A stretch of DNA of 64,000 nt, from positions 74,840 to 138,839 of the forward strand of contig JBFMCS010000051.1 of the NCBI GenBank assembly GCA_040754315.1. Reading direction: 5' to 3'. Positions 28,881 to 39,007 of this stretch are shown in pieces. The notes below the pieces were generated by a model. It did no database searches. It had not been told where the DNA came from and saw only the letters and a program-made list of their open reading frames with translations. Position 1 is the first letter of the stretch; each line of letters starts with the position of its first letter. This stretch comes from Bacillota bacterium. Its GTDB lineage: Bacteria; Bacillota; Sulfobacillia; DUSP01; JBFMCS01. The position numbers and the translations under genes were made by a program.

Positions 28881-31822
28881 TGGCTTCATTCTTCCCGCGC
28901 AGGCACCGGGAGAGAGTTCCATGGAGGGTGCTTCCCGGATGTGATGAGGGGAGCGCCCTTTCGCATAGCCTCGGCATTCACCCTGTCACTGCCCAGATCC
29001 TGGCCAGCCGCGGTATTGCCAATCCCGAGGCGGCTCGCCGCTTCCTCGATCCCCATACTCGCTACCTGGGGGATCCCTTCGATATGAAGGGGATGCCCGT
29101 GGCCGTGAAACGCCTTGAGAAAGCGTTTGAATCAGGAGAGCACGTGGCGATCTACGGGGACTACGATGTTGACGGTCTCTCCGCCACGGCCCTGCTGGTC
29201 CAGGTGTTCAGTAGCCTCGGTGTGGGGGTGTCCTGGTACATACCCCACCGCCTGGATGAGGGATACGGCGTCCATCGAGAGGCGGTGGAGGCCGTGGCGG
29301 GCCGGGGCGCATCCCTCATGGTGACGGTGGATACGGGGATAGGGGCGGCGGAGGAGGTCCGCCTTGCCCGGTCCCTGGGATTGGATGTGATAGTAACCGA
29401 CCACCACCAGGTGGTAGGACCGCTGCCGGAGGCGTGCGTGATAAACCCGCTCCAGGAGGGGTGTGCCTACCCCTTCAAGGGGCTTTGCGGGGCGGGGATT
29501 GCCTTCCAGCTGGCCAGGGCGCTTGCTACCCGGGGGCTGCTGGGAGCGGGGGGAGATGACATGGTGATGTCCCTTGTGGACCTGGCCGCCCTGGGAACCC
29601 TGGCGGACCAGGTTCCATTACTCGAGGACAACCGGATTATAGCGTGCGAGGGCATCAGGGCCATGGGGCAATCCCTCAGGGTAGGTCTCCAAGCCCTGGC
29701 TAAAGTGGCGGGCTCGAAGGGAGTGGACGAGTACAGTGTTGGGTTTGGCCTGGCGCCAAGGCTCAACGCTGCAGGTAGGATGGGCAGCCCCGAGCCGGCC
29801 CTGGATCTACTGCTCACCTCCGACGATGAGCGGGCGAAGGACCTGGCGGCCCAGCTTGAACTGCTCAATGTGGAGAGGCAGGCCACCGAGAGCATCATAC
29901 TCGAGGAGGCCGGCCACATCCTGAGCCTTGACCCGTCCCTCCTGGACGGTGTTGTGGTGCTGGCGTCCTGGGGGTGGCACCGAGGGGTGCTCGGCATAGT
30001 CGCCGCACGACTGGCCCAGGTCCACAACAGGGCCTGCATACTGGTATCTCTGGAAGACGGCATCGGGCGGGGGTCCGGGCGGAGCGTGCCCGGGGTAGAC
30101 CTCTTAGACCTGGCGGGGCGCGCCTCGGAAACCCTCTTGAGACTGGGGGGCCACTCCCAGGCCATAGGTGTGGAACTCAGGGAGGACAAAGTGGACCAGT
30201 TCAGGAGGGTACTAGGCCAGCTGGCCCCCCCTGCGCGCCCCAGGGAGGTTCTGGCGGATGCCAGGGTCTCCCTGGGGGAGATGACATCCCATCTAGCCGC
30301 TGAGATGGGGGCGCTGGCTCCCTTCGGGCACGGAAACCCCAGGCCGCTCCTGGCGGTAGGGGCGTGGGCCTGGTCTGTGAGGCCCGTGGGCAAGGACGGG
30401 GGCCACCTGCAGATGAGGCTTACGGACGAGGAAGGCTCGGTCAGCCTGGATGCCGTAGCCTTCGGAATGGCCGGGGCCCGGGATACCCTTGATGCCCCCT
30501 GTGACTTCCTAGTGAGGCTGGAGGAGGACACCTGGCGCGGCCGGAAGCGCCCCAGGGCCATAGTTGAAGACCTGCGGGCCTGGGAGGGCTGGGCCCATGA
30601 CTGGCTCAGATCCGGGGAGTATCACCGGTTTTTCGGCCACCGGGTGCTGGTTGCTTTGCCTGATGAGGTGCCGTTGATGGCCCCTGTGCCAAGGCCACCC
30701 CGGTTTCCCCCTGGTGGTCCAGTGCCTCAGGATGCCTCATGGCGGGTCCAGGACATAAGGCCGATTATGGAAAGGCTGGCTCGGGAGGCTCCGGGCCGCA
30801 CGCTGGTAGTATTGGCAGGTGCGCGGCAGGTGGTATGGTGGGCCCATCACCTCGCTATAGCTCACAGCGAACGTGCGGTGCAGGCCTGCCACGGCCTTGA
30901 GCCGGTGACGCCTCCAGATAACTACGAAGTGCTCGTGGTATCATTCGAGCTCTACCGCCAGTGGCGGCGCGCCTGCCCTAGGACATGGACGAACCCTGCC
31001 CTGGTGGCGTTCCCCGGCTGTCTTGAGGTGGAAACCTTGTCCGAAGGCAGGTGGGCGTGGGAAGAGGTGGGTCCCGACGTTACTGTTGTGGATGCCAAGC
31101 GTAACACAAACCGGGCAGCCTATGTGGAGAGCCTAGCCATGCAGGGACCGTGCTTCGTCTACACGAACACTCCCTCCAGATCCGGCCAGGTGGCAAAGGC
31201 GTTGCGCCAGGTACTGAAGCCCAAAGGGCTGGAGGCGATGTACTATCACCCTGGCCTGGGGGCGAAGGCCAGAGGCAGGCTGGCGGCGGAGTTCTCGGAA
31301 GGACACATCGCTGTCCTGGTGGGCACAGGAGCCGAGGGACTGCCCTCGAAGGGGATAGAGGTTGTCTTCTGGGACATGCCCCTGGGGCCGGCGGAGTTTC
31401 GTTTCACGTCCGCCCTCGCGCTCCCAGATGCCCGGGTGCACCTGCTATACAGCGCTGAGGATGCCGCCAGGGCGGATGCCATGGTACGCGCCGCGATGCC
31501 TGGCCGGGCGCTCCTGGTGAGCCTGTACACTGTCATAAGGGACCGTGGACCGGTTGCCTACCGGTGGCCAGAGGACATCGCAAGGATGCTCCCGGGCAAG
31601 CCTGCGAGGGCCCTGGTTTATGGCCTCGAGGTACTGATTGAACTTGGCCTGGTGCTGAAGGAGGGCACGGGCCCGTGGGCCCTAAGGGCCGTTGAGCCTG
31701 AAGAGAGGCGGGATCTGTGCGACAGCGTCAGGTTCAGGGAGGCATCCCTCATCCTCTCCGAATTCGAGGAGTGGCAGAGGCGGGCGCTGGGGGACCCGGT
31801 TCACGGACTGTCTGGCCTGTAG
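28880..31822 (+). CDS. recJ: Single-stranded-DNA exonuclease RecJ with a ~400 aa C-terminal extension that contains a helicase-C-like (RecA-fold) region
   Basis: DHH motifs (IYGDYDVDGLSA, TVDTGI, VIVTDHHQ) and DHHA1 (AAGRMG ... GGHSQAIG). The C-terminal portion has helicase motif V/VI-like text (AMYYHPGLGAKARGRLAAEFSEGHIAVLVGTGAEGLPSKGIEVVFWDMP) with no Walker A or B. Confidence 0.85.
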   Translation: MASFFPRRHRERVPWRVLPGCDEGSALSHSLGIHPVTAQILASRGIANPEAARRFLDPHTRYLGDPFDMKGMPVAVKRLEKAFESGEHVAIYGDYDVDGLSATALLVQVFSSLGVGVSWYIPHRLDEGYGVHREAVEAVAGRGASLMVTVDTGIGAAEEVRLARSLGLDVIVTDHHQVVGPLPEACVINPLQEGCAYPFKGLCGAGIAFQLARALATRGLLGAGGDDMVMSLVDLAALGTLADQVPLLEDNRIIACEGIRAMGQSLRVGLQALAKVAGSKGVDEYSVGFGLAPRLNAAGRMGSPEPALDLLLTSDDERAKDLAAQLELLNVERQATESIILEEAGHILSLDPSLLDGVVVLASWGWHRGVLGIVAARLAQVHNRACILVSLEDGIGRGSGRSVPGVDLLDLAGRASETLLRLGGHSQAIGVELREDKVDQFRRVLGQLAPPARPREVLADARVSLGEMTSHLAAEMGALAPFGHGNPRPLLAVGAWAWSVRPVGKDGGHLQMRLTDEEGSVSLDAVAFGMAGARDTLDAPCDFLVRLEEDTWRGRKRPRAIVEDLRAWEGWAHDWLRSGEYHRFFGHRVLVALPDEVPLMAPVPRPPRFPPGGPVPQDASWRVQDIRPIMERLAREAPGRTLVVLAGARQVVWWAHHLAIAHSERAVQACHGLEPVTPPDNYEVLVVSFELYRQWRRACPRTWTNPALVAFPGCLEVETLSEGRWAWEEVGPDVTVVDAKRNTNRAAYVESLAMQGPCFVYTNTPSRSGQVAKALRQVLKPKGLEAMYYHPGLGAKARGRLAAEFSEGHIAVLVGTGAEGLPSKGIEVVFWDMPLGPAEFRFTSALALPDARVHLLYSAEDAARADAMVRAAMPGRALLVSLYTVIRDRGPVAYRWPEDIARMLPGKPARALVYGLEVLIELGLVLKEGTGPWALRAVEPEERRDLCDSVRFREASLILSEFEEWQRRALGDPVHGLSGL

Positions 31823-31877
31823 GTGTATTACAGGGAAGTGCCTCGGTAGGCAGAACACGGTTCGTTTCAGTCCTGTC

Positions 31878-32165
31878 TCAGTCAGGTCCCCGGGTCCCGA
31901 CATTCGCGTTAAGCTCCTCGAACAGTTCACGAGCCGAAGCGTAGGATTTCGCTGGGATTCTTCCGCCAGCAATAGCTCTTACTTCCTGTATGGCTGCTTC
32001 GGTTTCAGCACTATAGATGGGCTGCTTCATCTCAAAAGGCAGGCCGCCTACCATTAAGGACTGATGCAGGAAGATGTTCACCGCACCGGTTACAGTAATG
32101 CTGAAATTTGGCGAAAAGCTGTTCTGCTTTTCTTTTTTGCTTCCGGGTCAATGCGAATGTTGATG
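31878..32165 (-). pseudogene. DinJ/RelB-family antitoxin gene with two frameshifts near its 5' end and no adjacent toxin gene
   Basis: ANINIRIDPEAKKK is in frame b. AEQLFAKF is in frame c. ITVTGAVNIFLHQSLMVGGLPFEM ... SAETEAAIQEVRAIAGG ... ARELFEELN is in the annotated ORF frame. The shifts coincide with the ttttcttttttgc run at 32119-32137. The downstream 55 bp reach the recJ stop. Confidence 0.55.
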
Positions 32166-32755
32166 TTTGCCGTCTTCGCCAACCTCACCTCCTCGTCCCC
32201 TCGTTGTACCCGTACGCACAATAACAGCACAACGTGAAACATTCTTCTGGGGAGTGAGCGGCTTGAAGCCTATCGCACTGCAAGCAGGACCCGAGCATCC
32301 CAGCACATATACCCACAACAGAAGATGCAGCAATAACTGGAACACAAGGCCCTTAACCACCCCGATAGAGTCAGGCTGAAGCAACAGGAGTTCAAACGGG
32401 GCCGCAGCCTACGCGGTTCCCAAAAAACGGCGCATCCCATGCGGGAGCCGTGTAGCGAACGAGCAGCAAGATTCAGAAAGAAAGCGGGCAGAAAAGGCAA
32501 GTATCACGGCGCGCAACAGGAGCAAACATCCCTAAGGCGGTCATGGACCTGAGCTCAGGGACTCCGCCTGGCCTTGCCGAGACTGCCTTATGCCGGCCCA
32601 TTCTGTATGGGCTCGCCCTCCACCGATCATACCACCTCACTCTGCAGTAGCACCGAATGCACTGCCCAGATTCCAGGGTTTTGATCCATGTTTTCGCATC
32701 GTCCTGAAGGAATCGGGCGGATCGCATAGAAAGATGTTCACGAAGCGGGAGAGAT

Positions 32756-32770
32756 TTCCGCATTGCGGAA
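32756..32770. promoter_or_regulatory. Perfect 15-bp palindrome TTCCGCA-T-TGCGGAA, 13 bp upstream of the carbamoyltransferase ORF start at 32783 (28 bp from the alternative ATG at 32798), candidate operator
   Basis: The inverted repeat was read directly. It sits in the only substantial intergenic gap (about 600 bp) before the 30-gene + strand cluster. Confidence 0.3.
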
Positions 32771-32782
32771 CTCTGTTCAAAC

Positions 32783-33793
32783 ATGGAAGGGAGGGCCATG
32801 CGAGTGAACCATCTGAAAGGGAGCGACCTGTTGTCCACGAAGGGCCTGACGCTTGAGGACCTCCGATTCATATTCGGTACCACCACAGACCTTAAGATGG
32901 CCCAGAAACGCGGCGAGATCCAGGAGATCCTGAAGAACAAGGTGCTGGCCATGATCTTCGAGATCCCCTCGACCAGGACCAGCATATCCTTCGAGACAGC
33001 CATGACCAAGCTGGGGGGCCACGCCATCTACCTGGGTACGGACAGGTACTGGGCAGGCAAGGCCAAGGAAGAGAGCTGGCTGGATACCTGCGGCACCATT
33101 GACCGGTACGCCGATGCCCTTGCCGCCAGGGTCATGTCACATGACGACCTGGTTAAAGGGGCTGAGAAGATGCGGATCCCCGTCATCAATGCATCCAATG
33201 ACTATGAACACCCCTGCCAGGCGCTGACTGATTTCCAGACCGTCCTGGAGAAGCGGGGGCGCTTTGAAGGCCTGAAGTACGTCATTACCTGGGCCTGGCG
33301 CCACTCGAATCCCCCGATCGGTCTGGTGAACTCCAGCATGCACATAGCAGCCAAGCTGGGCATGGAATTCGTCATCGCGTGCCCCGAGGGTTACGAGCCT
33401 CTAGACCAGGAGCTGGAGGCGGCGAGGGCCGAGGCGTCCAAGTACGGCTCGGAGATAAATATCGTGCATGACATGAGGGGGGCGGCCAGGGGCGCCGATT
33501 TCCTGAACATCTACAGCTGGGTATCACCCGAGGTCTTCCGGAAGGGAATAGAGACCCACTTCGCCGCACCGGCCCCCCATAATGAGTTCCCCGAGAAGTA
33601 CCAGCACTGGAAGGTAACTCCCGACGTCGTGGACCTTCTTAATCCGGCGGGTCTGATCATGCACTGCATGCCTGCGGCCAGGGGCGAAGAGGTAGTCGAT
33701 GAGGTGCTCGACGGTTCGAGGTCCATCATCTTCGATGAAGCCGAAAACCGGCTCCACGTCCAGAAGGCACTGCTGGCGCTGCTCATGGGGTGA
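32783..33793 (+). CDS. ygeW: YgeW-like (knotted, oxamate-type) carbamoyltransferase
   Basis: Carbamoyl-phosphate binding motif STRTSISFE. HPCQALTD. The YgeW-type motif ITWAWRHSNPPIGLVNS aligns with the AMTWAYSPSYGKP motif I recall from E. coli YgeW, rather than with the OTC/ATC motif. Confidence 0.7.
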   Translation: MEGRAMRVNHLKGSDLLSTKGLTLEDLRFIFGTTTDLKMAQKRGEIQEILKNKVLAMIFEIPSTRTSISFETAMTKLGGHAIYLGTDRYWAGKAKEESWLDTCGTIDRYADALAARVMSHDDLVKGAEKMRIPVINASNDYEHPCQALTDFQTVLEKRGRFEGLKYVITWAWRHSNPPIGLVNSSMHIAAKLGMEFVIACPEGYEPLDQELEAARAEASKYGSEINIVHDMRGAARGADFLNIYSWVSPEVFRKGIETHFAAPAPHNEFPEKYQHWKVTPDVVDLLNPAGLIMHCMPAARGEEVVDEVLDGSRSIIFDEAENRLHVQKALLALLMG

Positions 33794-35148
33794 GTGATAT
33801 GAAGAAGACAGTAGACCTCTTGATCCTTGGCGGGCTCGTGGGGACCATGGACCCGGCGTACACCACCATTCCGGACGGCGCCATCGCCCTGGACCACGGG
33901 ATCATCGTTGAGATTGGCTCCAGGAGGGAACTGGAGGATAGGTACGAGGCCCAGACGGTTGTGGAGGCATCCGGCCGTGTGGTGTTTCCGGGTCTGGTCA
34001 TCTCCCACACCCACATGCCCAGTGTCGTTGGCCATAACATGCCCGTGGACTTCTCCAAGTTCCACGACTTCATGGACCTCCTGACCAAGTGGTGGTGGCC
34101 TGATATCGAGGACCAGACAACGCCCGAGGACATATACTGGACGACCCTTTTTGCCTCCATGAAGATGCTGAAGGCAGGGACGACCTGCGTAGGTGAGATG
34201 GTGGAGGCGCCCATGGCGCTTCCGGGATGCCTTGACGCCAGCGCCAGGGCCTTGGAGGAGATCGGGCTGAGGGCCGTCGTGGCGTTTGAGGCCACCGAGA
34301 GGATAAGCCAGGAGAACGGGCGCCTGGGGATCGAGGAGAACCTGAGGTTCGTGAAGGAGCGAAACACCCCAGCATCGAGGATCCGGGGGCGATTTGGCCT
34401 ACACACCGTCGATACCTGTTCCCCCCAGATGATCCAGGTGGTCAGGCAGCTGGCCGGTGAAAACGGCGCAGGTATCTTCATTCACGTCTCTGAGATCCCC
34501 CCTAGCCTGACCGTTGCCACGCGGGGGACCACAGCCGTGCGGCTCCTGGACCAACTGGGTTGCCTTGGCCCTGACGTCCTGGCGGTTCACTGCATCCACC
34601 TGGATGAGGAAGAGATGGACCTCCTTGCTGCATCCGACGTCAAGGTGGCCCACACGCCCATGAGCAACATGCTCGGGGGTAACGGCGTATCTCCCATCCC
34701 GGACATGCTTGACCGGGGGATAACCGTGAGCATCGGTCACGACTGCTTCTTCACCCTGGACACCTTCGAGTACCTCCGGGCGGCGTACCTGATCCACAAG
34801 GTTCACCGGCAGAACCCCGGGCTGGTTCCCCCAAACCAGGCCTTGGAGATGGTGACCTCCAAGGGAGCCAGAGCCCTGGGTCTCGATGCCGAGGTGGGTT
34901 CCCTCGAGGTGGGCAAGCGGGCTGACCTGATCGTCGTCAAACCCCAGGGGCCGACCCCCGTGATCCCGGCGACCCTGATGCCCTTCATGGTGTCCGACGT
35001 GAACGGCCGGGACGTGGAGACGGTGGTTGTTGACGGGAGGGTCGTTGTGGACCAGGGGCGCGTGGTGACCGTTGACGAAGAGAAGGTCACCCGCAGGTGT
35101 ATCGAGAGGTCTAGTGCCCTCTGGCGGCGCGCTGGCGCCATTGATTGA
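33790..35148 (+). CDS. Amidohydrolase of the cytosine-deaminase/chlorohydrolase (SsnA-like) family
   Basis: Metal-ligand motif PGLVISHTHMP in the N-terminal barrel. Length and layout match the SsnA/TRZ-ATZ family. Confidence 0.75.
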   Translation: MSDMKKTVDLLILGGLVGTMDPAYTTIPDGAIALDHGIIVEIGSRRELEDRYEAQTVVEASGRVVFPGLVISHTHMPSVVGHNMPVDFSKFHDFMDLLTKWWWPDIEDQTTPEDIYWTTLFASMKMLKAGTTCVGEMVEAPMALPGCLDASARALEEIGLRAVVAFEATERISQENGRLGIEENLRFVKERNTPASRIRGRFGLHTVDTCSPQMIQVVRQLAGENGAGIFIHVSEIPPSLTVATRGTTAVRLLDQLGCLGPDVLAVHCIHLDEEEMDLLAASDVKVAHTPMSNMLGGNGVSPIPDMLDRGITVSIGHDCFFTLDTFEYLRAAYLIHKVHRQNPGLVPPNQALEMVTSKGARALGLDAEVGSLEVGKRADLIVVKPQGPTPVIPATLMPFMVSDVNGRDVETVVVDGRVVVDQGRVVTVDEEKVTRRCIERSSALWRRAGAID

Positions 35149-35163
35149 CTGGGAGGTGTCCAA

Positions 35164-37239
35164 GTGTCCGGTTACAGGGTGGGCATAGACATTGGTGGGA
35201 CCTTTACCGACGCTGTTGTGGTAGACGATGAGGGTCACATTGAGATCTTCAAGGATCCGTCGACGCCTCATGACCCGTCAATAGGGCTGATGAACTGCAT
35301 TAGGAAGGCGGCGTCCTTTTACGGCCACCCCTTTGGCGACTTCCTGGGGCGCATCGAGATCCTTGTGCACGGCACAACGGTGGCTACTAACACGATGATC
35401 CAGTACAAGGGTGCCAAGACCGGCCTCATCACCACCAAGGGCTTCAGGGATGCGCTGGAGATGTTCAGGGCGCACAAGAACGACATCTGGAACCTGTCCG
35501 AGGCGCGGCCCCCCATGATCGTCCCGCGCTATCTCAGGGTGGGTGTCCGAGAGCGGATAGCGTGGGACGGGGAGGTCATCGAGGCCCTGGACGAACGAGA
35601 GGTCCGGGAGGCCGCGCGCTACCTCCGGGATCAGGGCGTCATATCGGTTGCCGCGTGTACCCTGTTCTCCTACGTCAACGACACGCACGAGGAGCAGATA
35701 GGTGAGATCATCCGGCAGGAGTGGCCGGAGGCCCACGTATCTCTCTCCTCTGATGTCCTCAGGCAGATCCGGGAATTCGAGAGAACCTCGACAACCGTCG
35801 TTAACGCGTACGTATCCCCGGTTCTGGGCAGTTACCTAGCGAACCTCAAGGCCCAGCTCAAGGAAAGCGGGCTTCCCAGGGACTTTCTGGTGACAGAGTC
35901 CAACGGTGGGGTCATGTCCGCCGACTACGCCATCGGCCACGGCGTGACCACCCTGCTGTCTGGGCCCTCAGCAGGGGCCGTTGGGGGTCGCTTCTTCTCC
36001 GAGATACTGGGCATCAAGGACCTGATAATCACGGATATGGGGGGTACCAGCTTCGATGTGACCCTCATCAAGGACGGCGACTTCTCCATCACCCTTGATG
36101 GCTGGGTGTCAGGATACAGGATCGCCATCCCCAGCATAGACATCCATACCGTTGGCGCCGGGGGCGGGAGCCTCGCTCACATCGATGAGGGCGGCCTCCT
36201 GAAGGTGGGTCCCCTGTCCGCCGGGGCCGTCCCGGGTCCGGCATGCTACGGCCGCGGCGGCACGAGGCCTGCCGTGACCGATGCAAACCTCGTCCTGGGG
36301 TACCTCAACCCCGACTTCTTCCTGGGAGGGGAGATGAGGCTCGACGCCAGGACGGCACGGGAGGCCATCACGAGGCACATCGCTGAGCCGCTGGACATTG
36401 ATGTGGTCAAGGCGGCTCACGGCATATTCTCCGTTGTCAATAGCAATATGGCCGATGCGATACGGGTGGTCAGCCTTGAAAGGGGCCATGACCCCAGGGA
36501 GTGCGCCCTGGTGGCTGCTGGCGGGGCTGGACCAGTCCACGCCTCCATGCTTGCCAGGGAGGTCGGGATAGGGAGAATCATCGTGCCCATGGCGGCATCG
36601 GTGTTTTGCGCCCTGGGTATGCTGGAGTCCGACCTAAAACACGACTACGTCCGGACGATGAAGGGTGTGCTCTCCCAGCTGGACTGGGAGACCACCAGAA
36701 GCCTTGTGGACCAGCTGGAGACGGAAGGCAAAAGGACCCTCGAGGATGAGGGGGTACCCCCGGAGCGCATCAGAATGGAACGCTTCATGGATATGAGATA
36801 CGTGGGCCAGCACCATGAGGTGACAGTGGGTGTGCCGGGAGGCTGGCTCGGACCCGAGGCAGCCCCGGCGATAGCCGAGGCCTTCCACCAGGTGCACGAA
36901 CGGCTCTACACCTACTCAGAGCCTGGCAACGAGATCGAGGTTGTAAACCTGAGGGTCACCGCCATCGGCGAGGTGCCCAAGACGCCCCTGGCGTCTGCGC
37001 CCGAGACAGGCCCGGATGCCTCGGCATCCTTCAAGGGCAGGCGTGACGCCTACTTCGTGGAGGCAGGGGGACTTGTCCCCACAGCGCTCTATGACGGCCA
37101 CAGGCTCAGGCCCGGCAACACGGTGGAGGGGCCCGCCATCATCGAGATGGTGACCACCAGCGTGGTACTGTTTCCCAAGGATGTGGCCAGATTGGACCGT
37201 TACGGCAATGTCCTGGTGGAGGTGGCCCAGAATGGCTAG
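35164..37239 (+). CDS. hyuA: ATP-dependent hydantoinase/oxoprolinase family subunit A (HyuA-like)
   Basis: N-terminal VGIDIGGTFTDAVVVD. Whole-length hydantoinase_A architecture of 691 aa. Confidence 0.85.
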   Translation: MSGYRVGIDIGGTFTDAVVVDDEGHIEIFKDPSTPHDPSIGLMNCIRKAASFYGHPFGDFLGRIEILVHGTTVATNTMIQYKGAKTGLITTKGFRDALEMFRAHKNDIWNLSEARPPMIVPRYLRVGVRERIAWDGEVIEALDEREVREAARYLRDQGVISVAACTLFSYVNDTHEEQIGEIIRQEWPEAHVSLSSDVLRQIREFERTSTTVVNAYVSPVLGSYLANLKAQLKESGLPRDFLVTESNGGVMSADYAIGHGVTTLLSGPSAGAVGGRFFSEILGIKDLIITDMGGTSFDVTLIKDGDFSITLDGWVSGYRIAIPSIDIHTVGAGGGSLAHIDEGGLLKVGPLSAGAVPGPACYGRGGTRPAVTDANLVLGYLNPDFFLGGEMRLDARTAREAITRHIAEPLDIDVVKAAHGIFSVVNSNMADAIRVVSLERGHDPRECALVAAGGAGPVHASMLAREVGIGRIIVPMAASVFCALGMLESDLKHDYVRTMKGVLSQLDWETTRSLVDQLETEGKRTLEDEGVPPERIRMERFMDMRYVGQHHEVTVGVPGGWLGPEAAPAIAEAFHQVHERLYTYSEPGNEIEVVNLRVTAIGEVPKTPLASAPETGPDASASFKGRRDAYFVEAGGLVPTALYDGHRLRPGNTVEGPAIIEMVTTSVVLFPKDVARLDRYGNVLVEVAQNG

Positions 37240-39007
37240 AGGAGCGAAGGCTAGGTTCCAGGGAGCCGCGGATGCCATCACCATGTCCGTGGTATTCCAC
37301 CGCCTGCAGGCGATCAACAGGGAGATGGGGATCACCATGGTCAAGACATCGAGGTCCCCCATCTTCGCCGAGGTCCACGACTTCTCGTGCGCCATATGCG
37401 ATTGGGTGCCGCGGATCATCTCCCAGGTGGATGGCGTGCCTTCCCACACGGCGTCGTCCATGATGGCTGCCAAGGCCATATCCGACACCTTCAAGGGGGA
37501 CATCTCTCCAGGGGATGTGTTCGTCATCAATGACCCCTATAACGGCGGCACCCACCTGGCTGACGTCACGGTGATAAAGCCCATCTTCTATGAGGGTGAA
37601 CTGCTGTTCATGGGGGTCAACAGGGCGCACCACGCCGATGTGGGCGGCCTGTCCCCAGGCAGCTACAGCCCTCTTGCGACGGAGATCTTCCATGAGGGTA
37701 TCCGCATACCCCCGCTCAGGATCTACCGGAATGACAAGCCTATCAGCGATGTCCTGGAGATGGTCAGGATGAACACGCGCATGCCAGACCTCTTCCTCAG
37801 CGACATCAAGGCTCAGGTTGCCTCCTGCAGCGTCGCCGAGCGCCGGCTGGAGGAGATGGCAGCGAAATACGGTGTCCCGGCACTCAAGGAGATCCTTGAC
37901 GGGATACAGGAGTACGCCGAGATGAGGATGCGCCAGGAGATCGAGGCAATGCCGGACGGCGTCTACGAGGGTGAGACCTTCCTCGACGACGACGGTCACG
38001 GGCGCACGCAGGTAAGGGTGAAGGTCACCGTCACTATAGACGGGGACAGGATGTATGTGGACTTCGCGGGTACCGACCCGCAGACAGAGGGCTTCATCAA
38101 CAGCCCATTCGCCAACTCCTGTACCTCTGTCTACGTGTCTGTCCTGACCACCGCCAGGGGGGACGTGCCCCACAACGAAGGCGCCTACGCCCCCATAAGC
38201 ATCACGGCGCCGGAGGGCTGTCTTGTCAACCCCGTCCCGCCGGCCCCAGTCGCCAGCGCCACGCTGGACACGGCCTGCGCCATACTGGAGGCTATGTATA
38301 TAGCCTTGTCCAAGGCCCTGCCCGACAGGGCGCCCGCTGGCTGGAACCGGTGGTGCGGGCCGTCCATCGCGGGGATAGACCCCCGGAACGGCGAGTTCTA
38401 CGTGCAGTACGCGTTCTGCGGGATGGGCGGCGGAGGGGCGCTGCCCCACGCCGACGGCCTGAGCTATGTGGGCGATGGCATTGACCTCGGAGGGCTGACT
38501 GCCCCCAACATTGAGTCCAACGAGGTGGACTACCCGCAGATCACCGAGTACCACGAGTTCGAGACGGATTCAGGAGGGGCGGGCAAGTTCCGCGGAGGAT
38601 TGGGCGTTCGTTACAGGATCCGGTTCTACGATGAGAGCCCCTCCCTGATCATGTTCGGCGATGGCAAGGTAACCCCCCCATACGGCCTGTACGGGGGCCG
38701 GCCTGGCTCGACCAACAGGCCCATGGTGAACGAGGGCACCGGGAAAGAGGAGGATCTCCCCGCCAAGGGCATGAGCAGCCTGGCGAAGGGCGACACCTAC
38801 TCCATAAGGTCCTCGGGCGGCGGGGGCTGGGGGGACCCCCTGGAAAGGGATCCCGAGAGGGTTGCCTACGATGTCAAGTGCGGTTTCATCTTGCCCGAGT
38901 CGGCCCTGCGAGACTACGGAGTAGTTCTAGAGCCCGACGGCAGTGTGGATGAGTCCGGGACAGCCGAGCTGAGGACGAAGATGGCCGGAAGGGGGGTTAC
39001 GTCTTGA
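37232..39007 (+). CDS. hyuB: ATP-dependent hydantoinase/oxoprolinase family subunit B (HyuB-like)
   Basis: Hydantoinase_B-type sequence (FEGELLFMGVNRAHHADVGG, IDLGGLTAPN ... DSGGAGKFRGG). An 8-nt overlap with hyuA. Confidence 0.85.
   Translation: MARGAKARFQGAADAITMSVVFHRLQAINREMGITMVKTSRSPIFAEVHDFSCAICDWVPRIISQVDGVPSHTASSMMAAKAISDTFKGDISPGDVFVINDPYNGGTHLADVTVIKPIFYEGELLFMGVNRAHHADVGGLSPGSYSPLATEIFHEGIRIPPLRIYRNDKPISDVLEMVRMNTRMPDLFLSDIKAQVASCSVAERRLEEMAAKYGVPALKEILDGIQEYAEMRMRQEIEAMPDGVYEGETFLDDDGHGRTQVRVKVTVTIDGDRMYVDFAGTDPQTEGFINSPFANSCTSVYVSVLTTARGDVPHNEGAYAPISITAPEGCLVNPVPPAPVASATLDTACAILEAMYIALSKALPDRAPAGWNRWCGPSIAGIDPRNGEFYVQYAFCGMGGGGALPHADGLSYVGDGIDLGGLTAPNIESNEVDYPQITEYHEFETDSGGAGKFRGGLGVRYRIRFYDESPSLIMFGDGKVTPPYGLYGGRPGSTNRPMVNEGTGKEEDLPAKGMSSLAKGDTYSIRSSGGGGWGDPLERDPERVAYDVKCGFILPESALRDYGVVLEPDGSVDESGTAELRTKMAGRGVTS

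Noticed and set aside
31682-31972. ORF 31682-31972 (-) as a possible RelE/YafQ toxin partner of the DinJ-like antitoxin
   Set aside because: It overlaps the recJ 3' end antisense and has no RelE/YafQ motifs. The antitoxin remnant appears to be solitary.
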